Source: Candidatus Poribacteria bacterium
GTDB lineage: Bacteria > Poribacteria > WGA-4E > PCPOR2b
NCBI GenBank assembly: GCA_965218095.1
Contig: OZ244587.1
Span: 4,704,001-4,768,000, forward strand
Reading direction: 5' to 3'
Length of the DNA: 64,000 bases
The notes under the pieces were generated by a model that worked only from the letters and a program-made list of their open reading frames with translations, was not told where the DNA came from and searched no databases. The position numbers and the translations under genes are program-made. Each line of letters starts with the position of its first letter. Position 1 is the first letter of the stretch. Positions 51,594 through 59,987 of the stretch are shown in pieces.

Positions 51594-51711
51594 CTGATAG
51601 GGGTAGGTTTATGGAATCATAGCCTCAACTGAAAGTTAAAAGGGGAAAGGGGAAAGTTTTTACTTTCTACTTTCTCTGGGCAGTATTCTCATAAAAACCT
51701 ACCCTTATCAG
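51594..51711. mobile_element. MITE-like element nested in a CCCACCC/GGGTGGG palindrome
   Basis: IR CTGATAGGGGTAGGTTT / AAACCTACCCTTATCAG; heptamer repeats inside. Confidence 0.55.
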
Positions 51712-51730
51712 GGTGGGGTGAGGAGGAATT

Positions 51731-52561
51731 ATGATGCTCGAAGCTAAAGGAATCATGAATGTCGAAGAGGCATTATTGCACTTGAGGATAGATGGCCAGT
51801 GTGTGGTTGATGGGGTCATCCCCGAAGACAAAGTGGACGCGATACGTCAAAGCGTCGAGGCAACGGTCGTGTCTCATGGGCGCTTCACCGGTGTAGAAGG
51901 TGTAGGGACCCGGAAAGGACTCCTTGCCTTCAACCAGTCCTTCGCTGCCTACTTAGCCGACAAGCGCGTATTGGGCGTCGCAGAGGCGTTGTTCGGACCA
52001 CACGTGCGGATTTCTTTTACGACCGCACACATCAACTATCCGGGAAACGCACGCGGCGCATGGCACGCGGACTGGCCGTTCAATCAGAAAAACGCGGGGC
52101 ACATCGCCGCACCTTATCCCGATGCAGTCATGCATCTGACCACATTGTGGATGCTCTCGCCGTTCACGCCCGAAACCGGCGGCACGCTGGTCGTTCCGGG
52201 AAGCCACCGGTCTTCTAACAACCCATCAGGAGACAACGGCGTTGACCCCCTGAAACCCTACCCAACCGAGATGCAGGCGATGGGCAACGCGGGCAGCGTG
52301 TTGATACTTGACAGCCGCACATGGCATGCGGCCGCACCCAACAGAACCGACAAGCCGCGAGTCGGGATCGCGGTGCGCTACGCGCCGTGGTGGCTCAATC
52401 TGGACGTGCTGATGCCGGGGTCGGAGGAGCGCGCCCGGATGGTGGACGAAACGGGCGGAAACGAGAACGAAGTCGCGCCGGTTCCTCCAGAGGTTTACGA
52501 AGTACTCCCAGCGGATGTTAAACCCCTTTATAGGCATTGGGTGCAGCGATCTGCCAGTTAG
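51731..52561 (+). CDS. PhyH-family dioxygenase
   Basis: WHADWP, GGTLVVPGSH, TWHAAAPN..PRV. Confidence 0.9.
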   Translation: MMLEAKGIMNVEEALLHLRIDGQCVVDGVIPEDKVDAIRQSVEATVVSHGRFTGVEGVGTRKGLLAFNQSFAAYLADKRVLGVAEALFGPHVRISFTTAHINYPGNARGAWHADWPFNQKNAGHIAAPYPDAVMHLTTLWMLSPFTPETGGTLVVPGSHRSSNNPSGDNGVDPLKPYPTEMQAMGNAGSVLILDSRTWHAAAPNRTDKPRVGIAVRYAPWWLNLDVLMPGSEERARMVDETGGNENEVAPVPPEVYEVLPADVKPLYRHWVQRSAS

Positions 52562-52779
52562 CGTGCGAAATTGTGTTGGTATCTACAAATCTGCACGATA
52601 CAAGGATTATTCTGGAAAATTTGACGTATTGGTAAGGAAACGTCAAATTTCGATGCCTCACCCTTGCGGACAGTGGTATAATTTTTCATCGAATACAACC
52701 AGAAGTATTGCATTCGACTTCAGTGGTATATAATTGCAGTTATGAACAATTCGGAGCGAATATTTGAGGCTTCGGCGCA

Positions 52780-52958
52780 GATACAATGCGCGAAATCCTG
52801 AAAGCCCCGGATTCGACTGCCTTTTGGGGCTAGGCAGGCCCGAACGACGTTGAGGATGACGTTTATTTCCGAAAGACTGTCGGGACACTGCCCATGACTC
52901 TCGTTGAACCGGGCGGTAAAGTTACAACGACGTGGGGGGCCTTAAGGCTGATCGATAA
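52780..52958 (+). pseudogene. 3' remnant of a secreted protein with a VEPGGKVTTTWG C-terminal motif
   Basis: GTT GAA CCG GGC GGT AAA GTT ACA ACG ACG TGG GGG at 52903-52938; upstream in-frame TAG; no start. Confidence 0.6.
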
Positions 52959-53042
52959 AACTGCATTCTGTAGGGGAGGGCTTCTGTGCCATCCTTTTTG
53001 TATAGGGAGCAACCCCTGTGTTGCTCCGCAAGGAGATTTGAC

Positions 53043-53993
53043 ATGATGAAACGGATTCTACTCTGCACGGCCGGAGTGTTACGCTACTGCATAGGTATTT
53101 TTTTGGTCACAGCCATTTTTCTAGCTTCTCCAGCATCAGAATTGATGGCGCAGACACGCCACAAGACTTCGGGAGTTCCCACGCTCAAGGAGACAAAGAC
53201 ATTTCTCATCTATGCTAAGAAGGGAAATTTCAAGGCCTTCGATCTCGCGAGCGGAAAGCTTCTCGAAAACACGGAAGCTAAGGATTTCTTCAACGGCGAA
53301 TTGCTATTTATAATCACCGGCCCCAACAGCGCAATTCTTTCGGCTAATACTGGTATAGCGGATGTTGCGTTAGTCAGAGATAAACAGTCGCTTACGTTTA
53401 TTGAAACCACACCCACGGGAAACAAGCACATTATGATTATTGAAGATGAGTGGGATGTGAAGGAAGGTGGGTTCAAATTTACCTATACACGTAACATTGG
53501 AGGCAACGAAGAACTGTCGCGAACTCTCAGATCTCTCTATAGCGGAATTGCTAAACCGGCAGGACAGTATAAGAGTTCACGGATATTACGTGAAGCAAGC
53601 CCATCTCTTCAGAGGACAAAGATATTTCTCATCTATGCTAAGAAAGGAAACTACAAGTCCTTCGATCTTGCGAGCGGAAAGCTTCTCGAAAACACGGAAG
53701 CTAAGGATTTCTTCAACGGCGAATTGCAGTATACAATCACTGGTCCCAACAGCGCAATTTTTTCTGGAAACGCTGGTTCGGAGGATGTGGAACTAGTCAA
53801 AGATGAAAGGTCGCTTACGTTTATTGAAACCACGCTCTCCGGAAGCAAGCACATTATGATTATTGAAGATAAGTGGGATGCAAAAGAAAAGGGGTTCAAG
53901 TTTACCTATATCCGGAACATTGAGGACCGGATCCTTTTGGGTAAACTTCTCCGATCAATTTACAGCGGCATTGCCAAACCAGCAGGACGGTAA
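53043..53993 (+). CDS. Secreted hypothetical protein made of two tandem 141-aa domains
   Basis: AGGAG RBS and signal peptide; direct repeat with 423-nt period (53247 vs 53670). Confidence 0.8.
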   Translation: MMKRILLCTAGVLRYCIGIFLVTAIFLASPASELMAQTRHKTSGVPTLKETKTFLIYAKKGNFKAFDLASGKLLENTEAKDFFNGELLFIITGPNSAILSANTGIADVALVRDKQSLTFIETTPTGNKHIMIIEDEWDVKEGGFKFTYTRNIGGNEELSRTLRSLYSGIAKPAGQYKSSRILREASPSLQRTKIFLIYAKKGNYKSFDLASGKLLENTEAKDFFNGELQYTITGPNSAIFSGNAGSEDVELVKDERSLTFIETTLSGSKHIMIIEDKWDAKEKGFKFTYIRNIEDRILLGKLLRSIYSGIAKPAGR

Positions 53994-54262
53994 AACGCCT
54001 TATCAGGACAAAACGGGGCAGTCTCCTACTGCTCTTCAATAACCCGTGCAATCGCTGCGAACACCTTCTCCAACATTCGCGTCAACTTCGCTGCCCCAAC
54101 TTCATTAGGAATGGCGATTAAACAACTCCGTCATTTTTGAGCAATTTGGGAGAGCCCCGAGATGAATCTCAGGGCTACAAGTCGGCGTCTGATGAATCGG
54201 ACTTGAGACTTGCCCCAACTCGATTAATCGAGATACCACCTTGTTGTAGCTCGGCGAGTTTA

Positions 54263-55021
54263 TCACCAAGCAGTGACATATTCGACATATTTCGTCTCGT
54301 TGGGTTCATCGGGAATGATGCCATCTTGCGCTGCAGAGACGATGACAAAGTGTGCAGGCTGGATTCCGCCCGTTCCTCCCCAATAGACACTGACCTCGCC
54401 GTTTTTCGACCGAACAATCAGGTCAGCATAACCATCCCCGTCGAGCTCATTCGCCGCCAACTGATCACCTTCAATTTCGAGATCAACAAATCGCTTCGGC
54501 TCAAAGCCCAACTCAGATTGGTAAAAGATTCGCACCCGTCCCTGGCAGAGGAAAGCCAGATCCGGTCGTCCATCTCCGTTGAAATCACCCACGGCAACCG
54601 AATTGCAGCGCGACGCAGGCAATTGCTGCATCTGACGTTCGCTAAAGCCATCAGGCGAGCCGTAATAAATGAAGGCATTCAAATCACTCCGTATGCCGTT
54701 ATGCCATATCCCTAACACCAAGTCATCGTAGCCATCGCCGGTGAGATCTGCGACCGCGCCGGACATTGCACCATCGGACAGCAGTTCGATACGGGTGACG
54801 CTGCTTAACGCCTCCGGATACACATACGCGGGCGGTTTCTCGCCGTGGTTCTGGCTATTACAGAAAATCAGGTCTAAATAACCATCTTTATTCAGATCAT
54901 ATTGGTGGATGCGCTGAAGCACTCCGGCGTGCGACACATACAGGTTTTGGCCCGCATTTCCACATGTCCCCAAACTGAAATCCTCGAATCCGTGAGTCAT
55001 CCACACGCCAGTCTGTTTCAT
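54263..55021 (-). CDS. FG-GAP/VCBS repeat protein, probably truncated
   Basis: DLNKDGYLDL, DLTGDGYDDL, DFNGDGRPDL, ELDGDGYADL; ends next to REP-like repeats. Confidence 0.75.
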   Translation of the reverse strand: MKQTGVWMTHGFEDFSLGTCGNAGQNLYVSHAGVLQRIHQYDLNKDGYLDLIFCNSQNHGEKPPAYVYPEALSSVTRIELLSDGAMSGAVADLTGDGYDDLVLGIWHNGIRSDLNAFIYYGSPDGFSERQMQQLPASRCNSVAVGDFNGDGRPDLAFLCQGRVRIFYQSELGFEPKRFVDLEIEGDQLAANELDGDGYADLIVRSKNGEVSVYWGGTGGIQPAHFVIVSAAQDGIIPDEPNETKYVEYVTAW

Positions 55022-55215
55022 GCGTTTACTCCATGAGCGCCTGCGAATCAATTTGCAGGTAAAAATCAAGTCCGTTGAAACGGACTAAAAGCCAGTCTCA
55101 GTCGTCTTTGAGACGACTTGAGCTATCAGCCTGAACTTCAGTTCAAGGCGTTTGTGACGTACCACTACACGAAAAAAATTTCCGTTAATTTGCCCAATGA
55201 TGGTTGGCTACTTAC

Positions 55216-56415
55216 CTATTCTCCGAGTTCCTGGCGAATCCTTTCTGCGAGTATCTCGGTGCTGCTGTCATCCAGGTGAAGTGGGTTTACCCGAAGTTTG
55301 TCTTCTCGGAGAGCGCCGTGGCTGACATAAATCGGCGGGTCCCCGTGGCGGAGATTCCGACAGATCTCCATCGCCGTTCGGCTGACAGTCGTCTCATTGA
55401 TGGCGATTTCCAAAAGAGGCAGGCTTTCGCCATCTCCTTTATCAAGAACCCTACATTGTATAGGGCAGCCATTCAGCTTTTCCACAATCCGTTCAAGACG
55501 CCCCCTGGCTTTACGGGCTTCCTCATCATAAGCCCCGGAAGTAAAAAGCCGTAGTGCGACAAGCAGAGCGATGATTTCTTCCTTTGACACTTTAAAACCG
55601 CGACCGATTCCGTGCCGTGGAATGCCGCCCAGTTTTGTCTTGTCAATGAACGCAGCCGGTGGATGCCAAAGTTCCGGGTGGTCATCCATATCCAGTAACT
55701 GCGCCGCAGCCGGCCCAATAAGATCTCGACGACCGCAGAGAATACCCGTTGACTGGGGACCACGAATCGCCTTGCCACCGCTGAAGGCAACCAGATCGGC
55801 CCCTGTGCCTGCAATCGATTTCAGGTTACTTCGTGGGGGGAGTTCACCTGCTGCATCCACCAACACTGGCAGTCCGTGGCGGTGTGCAACATCAACCACT
55901 TCCTCAAGCAGGGGTCTGGCAGTCGGGCTGTATACATAAAGAACTCCCGCGGTATTCTGCCCGAAAGCGGCTTCGTACTCCCATGCTTCGGTTCGCCGTA
56001 CACCTGCGTTGGCCACAATTTCGTTGAAGCCGACCTCAACGAGCTGAGCACCGGCAGCCCGGACCGCGTGGTCGTAGCCGCTTCGCTGCTCCCGGGCGAC
56101 GACGAACTCGTTGGGAAAACCTTCGCAGTAGGGTAGCTGTTCCATCTTGCCCAGGTCATAACCGGTCAAGATGGCGGCGGTTCCCAAGGTCAGGGCAGAT
56201 GCTGCACCGGCAGTGACCAGGCCAGCTTCTGTTGCATTGGCTTCCCCAATGGCTCTGGATGCCGCCGCCTGGAGTTGTTCGAGTGGAACGGACGCACGGG
56301 CTGCCTCGTTAAAAGCCTTCAGCACTTCTTCGGGCATTGGCGCTCCCCCAAGACGAGTCACTGCTCCGGAAGCGTTGATAATTGGTGTAACGCCAAATTC
56401 TTCATAAATCCCCAT
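55216..56415 (-). CDS. SelA-like/DgaE-family PLP-dependent enzyme
   Basis: GV.PIINASG.VTRLGG, VDAA, FSGGKAIRGPQSTG, IGRGFKVSKEEI. Confidence 0.88.
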   Translation of the reverse strand: MGIYEEFGVTPIINASGAVTRLGGAPMPEEVLKAFNEAARASVPLEQLQAAASRAIGEANATEAGLVTAGAASALTLGTAAILTGYDLGKMEQLPYCEGFPNEFVVAREQRSGYDHAVRAAGAQLVEVGFNEIVANAGVRRTEAWEYEAAFGQNTAGVLYVYSPTARPLLEEVVDVAHRHGLPVLVDAAGELPPRSNLKSIAGTGADLVAFSGGKAIRGPQSTGILCGRRDLIGPAAAQLLDMDDHPELWHPPAAFIDKTKLGGIPRHGIGRGFKVSKEEIIALLVALRLFTSGAYDEEARKARGRLERIVEKLNGCPIQCRVLDKGDGESLPLLEIAINETTVSRTAMEICRNLRHGDPPIYVSHGALREDKLRVNPLHLDDSSTEILAERIRQELGE

Positions 56416-56716
56416 AACTTCTCCGATCTTATAAATCACTTTCACCTCAAAATGCCTGCGCTCAATTACTGAATTCTACTACCCTCCACTTAGCTAAGCT
56501 CCATCCTAGAGTTTAGCATATTTTTTTGGTCATGCCAACGAAAATCTTCCTCGCCTTAATCCACGCGGTTAACGCGATTAGACATACCAAATTGCCAGGA
56601 TTTTTGTTGCGTTTGAAATTGAAAATTGGTAGAATAGTTGTAATTGGCTTCTGAGATCAATCGCAAGGGTTGTCAAACGCTAATGATTGCCAAAACGACA
56701 ACAGACAAGGACTGCA

Positions 56717-57466
56717 ATGCCTACCATGACAACACCACACACACGCAAAACGCTTGCACAGGATCTGAGAAACCTGGGCGCCGAACCGGGGGATACCCTC
56801 TTTATTCACTCATCCTTCAAGAGTTTGGGCCCTGTTGAAGGCGCGGCAGGGGCGGTGGTCAGTGCTCTGGAGGGCGCTGTCGGTCCGGAAGGGCTTATCC
56901 TGATGCCCTCGTTCAACCTTGTAGAAGGGAGGGACAAGCGGGCGGAGACCTGGAAGGTTGAGACGACGCCTTCCACGGTCGGGTGGCTCACCGAATTTTT
57001 CCGCCAGATGCCTGGCACATACCGCTCCGACCACTACTCCCACTCCGTCGCTGCTCGGGGAAAGGGGGCGAAGGACTTCGTGGCTGACCATCTCAGCCGC
57101 GAGGGCGACAAATCCCCGTGGGACCGCGAACCGTGGGGCAAGACCTATGGAATCCATTCACCTATGTATAGGGCATACCAAGCCGATAGGAAAATCCTCA
57201 TGCTCGGCGTAGATTATCACAGCTCGACCTATGTTCATTTTGTGGAAGTCCTCTACTGGAGTAAGTTGCTCGATCAAAACCCGGAAGCGGCATACCCTGG
57301 CCTGGATAGACCACTGCTTGGGGCGTTCTGGGACCGGGTGGGAAACCTGAACCGGGGTCTGTTGGGCAATGCCGACTGCCGACTCTTTCGCATCCGGCAG
57401 TACATCCACAGCCTCCTGCGTGAGGTTGAGAACAACCCGAATCCATATGTGAGGCTACGTTCCTAA
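56717..57466 (+). CDS. AAC(3)/YokD-family N-acetyltransferase
   Basis: GDTLFIHSSFKSLG.V.G, G.ILMPSF, RS.H..HSVAA.G, ILMLGV..ST.VH..E. Confidence 0.88.
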   Translation: MPTMTTPHTRKTLAQDLRNLGAEPGDTLFIHSSFKSLGPVEGAAGAVVSALEGAVGPEGLILMPSFNLVEGRDKRAETWKVETTPSTVGWLTEFFRQMPGTYRSDHYSHSVAARGKGAKDFVADHLSREGDKSPWDREPWGKTYGIHSPMYRAYQADRKILMLGVDYHSSTYVHFVEVLYWSKLLDQNPEAAYPGLDRPLLGAFWDRVGNLNRGLLGNADCRLFRIRQYIHSLLREVENNPNPYVRLRS

Positions 57467-57613
57467 ATCCCTTGGGCCGACAAACGTGACATGAAAGCAT
57501 ATGGTGTGGTAAACTGGCTGATGCATGGATATTTTTTCACGAATGTCAGAAAACCATAAAATTCTAGCCCGATAAGGTGACCCAATATATCCAAGATAGA
57601 ATCTTAGACTTCT

Positions 57614-58105
57614 ATAGATCGCGACACCAAGGACATCGTATGGGCCTGGGGACCAGGCGAGCTCGACGGGCAACACCAGCCGACCCTGATCCCGGACACC
57701 CACCCCATTACCGGCGAATCAATGCCCGGCGCCGGTAACATCCTCGTGTTCGACAATGGACGGTATCGCAGGGACTACTCTCGGGTTCTTGAGTTGGACC
57801 CCATGACCAATCGGATCGTCTGGAGCTCACTCACTCACTGGTACTCTTGGCATATCTCCGGCGCGGAGCGGCTCCCGAACGGGAACACGTTCATTTGCGA
57901 TGGCCCAATCGGAAGGTTGTTCGAGATAACCCCAGAAGGCGGAATCGTATGGGAGTACTTGAATCCCACCATCGATCCGAAAAAGGCGCGAAAGCAGAGC
58001 GCAGCCTTCGACGACATCGGCGGGAAGGACAGTTCGTACGCGGTCTACCGGGCCGTGCGCTATCCGAAGGTGTACGTCGACTGCATCCTCCAGGAGCAGG
58101 GCTAA
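57614..58105 (+). pseudogene. Aryl-sulfate sulfotransferase (ASST) C-terminal fragment
   Basis: IVWAWG..LDGQH.P, NILVFDNG..SRVLE, SGAERLPNGNTFI..GRLFEITP.G.IVWEY, YRA.RY; N-terminus missing. Confidence 0.75.
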
Positions 58106-58188
58106 AGCGACTGTTCTCAAGGCTCACGCCGGGGCCGAGTTCAGCAGCAAACCCAACGAGGAGGTGGTTCAGCGCCTCTAAGACTTCG

Positions 58189-58353
58189 ATTTTACCGGTG
58201 GAAAAGGTGAAAACGGTTATTCCGGTCAAGCCGGAGACTTGCTGGCAGTGCGGATACCCCCTGGAAGGGGCCGATCCGAGGACGCAACGGCATCAGGTGA
58301 CAGAAATGCCTCCAATTGTTGTGGAGACCGTTGAGTATCAACGCCATACGCTG
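58189..58353 (+). pseudogene. IS66 transposase zinc-finger remnant
   Basis: PETCWQCGYPL.G.D....RHQVTEMPP....VEYQRH. Confidence 0.7.
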
Positions 58354-58408
58354 ACGACCCCAAATCCAATCACCTCTCCGGCAATACACAATGACATGCC
58401 ATTCTCGT

Positions 58409-59299
58409 TCAGTCGACCGCCACGCCAATCCGCTGCGCAACGCGCTGGATGTACGCCCTGGCGCGGGTATTCTCCACATCGGTATTGTACTCAACATAGT
58501 TGGGAGCTAAAGCTGAACCCGATACGCCAACATCTCGGAGATGTTCAATCGTGAGCACGACCTCCTCGCCGAGAGCCGCCAGTCGTTTCAGGTAAGTCTC
58601 GTAGTCCAGGGCGCCCTTTCCCAGCGGCACTTCGTCGATGCGGAGCACCCAGTGAGAAGTATCTACGTAGACATCCTTTGCATGTGCAGCGATGATGACA
58701 TCACCGAGAAGATCGAACATCTGATTCAGGAAAACTGTCGTATGATAACAGGTTCGGTGAGTGCTCATATTCACTGGATCCAGTATGACCTTCACCCTTG
58801 GCGATCCTACGTCGTCCACGATTCGGCGCAGTTGCGCCGGCGTATCCAGCGGCCCGCGATTACATGGGTGAAAGCCCACATCCATCCCGAGGCGCTCTGC
58901 CGCCGCGGCGACCACCCCGGTCCCCTCGACCAGCCGTTTCCAGGTTTCCGCCGACCACAAATCCTTTTCCCCCGGTTCGGCTATCGTGCTCAACCCGACA
59001 CAGTGAGCCTTGAGGGTGCAGGCATCACTCAGGGCTTTGTTGATGGATGCAATCCCTTCGGTTCTCACGCGGTCTTCGCGGCTGGCCAGCCGCCAACCGT
59101 GTTGGTATAGTGTCACCTCACCAATGAAGATCCCATTCGCATCGAAGGTCTCCTGGATGCGCTGGAGTTCCACATCAGTCCAACTGTCCTTTCCCAAGAT
59201 GTGACCCAGACCTTTGACACCTATAGTGTTGAGACGTTCAACGGTCCTGTCCGGATGCTGTGCATCGATACCATCCCAAAGTGCAACTGCTAATCTCAT
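58409..59299 (-). CDS. Sugar-phosphate isomerase/epimerase (xylose-isomerase-like TIM barrel)
   Basis: LDPVN, AHAKD, VPLGKG.LDY, TIEH. Confidence 0.88.
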   Translation of the reverse strand: MRLAVALWDGIDAQHPDRTVERLNTIGVKGLGHILGKDSWTDVELQRIQETFDANGIFIGEVTLYQHGWRLASREDRVRTEGIASINKALSDACTLKAHCVGLSTIAEPGEKDLWSAETWKRLVEGTGVVAAAAERLGMDVGFHPCNRGPLDTPAQLRRIVDDVGSPRVKVILDPVNMSTHRTCYHTTVFLNQMFDLLGDVIIAAHAKDVYVDTSHWVLRIDEVPLGKGALDYETYLKRLAALGEEVVLTIEHLRDVGVSGSALAPNYVEYNTDVENTRARAYIQRVAQRIGVAVD

Positions 59300-59336
59300 A
59301 ACTGATCTCCTAACATTTGATATGGTTAGATTTTAC

Positions 59337-59534
59337 ATGAAAGCAACTTTTGTGTCAATTAGAAAACAGCTTGATCCAAAGCTGACTGAGATTGCGCGTC
59401 GTCTGGGCAAAATTCGCACCGAGATATGGCAACGTTACGGCGGGCTTCAAAATATTGGGCTCAATCATCCGAGACTTCACCGGCGGATTCGTAATCGGTG
59501 GTTAGCCGACAATTATACCGATAACTGGCATTAG
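59337..59534 (+). pseudogene. Possible TnpB (IS200/IS605) N-terminal remnant
   Basis: KLTEIARRLGKIRTEIWQRYGGL..HRRIRNRWL, then an abrupt stop; no RuvC part. Confidence 0.4.
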
Positions 59535-59644
59535 CGGGTGCGTTTCACCATCTTATTGAGACACAAAACGCCGCAAATCCCCATTCTACCGTTGCTTATT
59601 GAGTTTCAACTTATAAAAAATTCGTCTGATGAGATTTTTTATTC

Positions 59645-59673
59645 TTGACCGAATTGATTTATTGTTTTACAAT
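59645..59673 (+). promoter_or_regulatory. Sigma70-type promoter giving a leader of about 300 nt
   Basis: TTGACC-17 bp-TACAAT after an AT-rich tract. Confidence 0.5.
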
Positions 59674-59987
59674 AAAGCGGGTACCGTCAGAAATCTCGAA
59701 AAAGCGCAGTGATTTCTGCGTTTAGGTTCGCAACTCCCATAAACCGAGAGTTTTTGCACCAAACGGTGCAACTCAAAATCGCCTCCTAAACCGATCTGGG
59801 CATTGGCGTGTTCCAGCCACAATAAAGAACCCCTGATTTCTGGGGATTTTTCGGTTATGAGATGATGGTATATAAATTGCGCTTAATCCGCACATCAGGA
59901 TGCACAAGTGTTTGCATAGCATGTGAGATGATGCAAGGGGCTATCCAATCAAAATACAAACTTAAATTCAATTGTTGGAGGTAACAA

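Noticed and set aside
52836-52842. Stop-codon recoding (Pyl/Sec) at the in-frame TAG
   Set aside because: The same remnant also has a frameshift and no start, so decay is the simpler explanation.
53190-53990. DGR template/variable repeat pair
   Set aside because: Mismatches between the repeats are not adenine-specific, both copies are in-frame coding, and no RT is adjacent.
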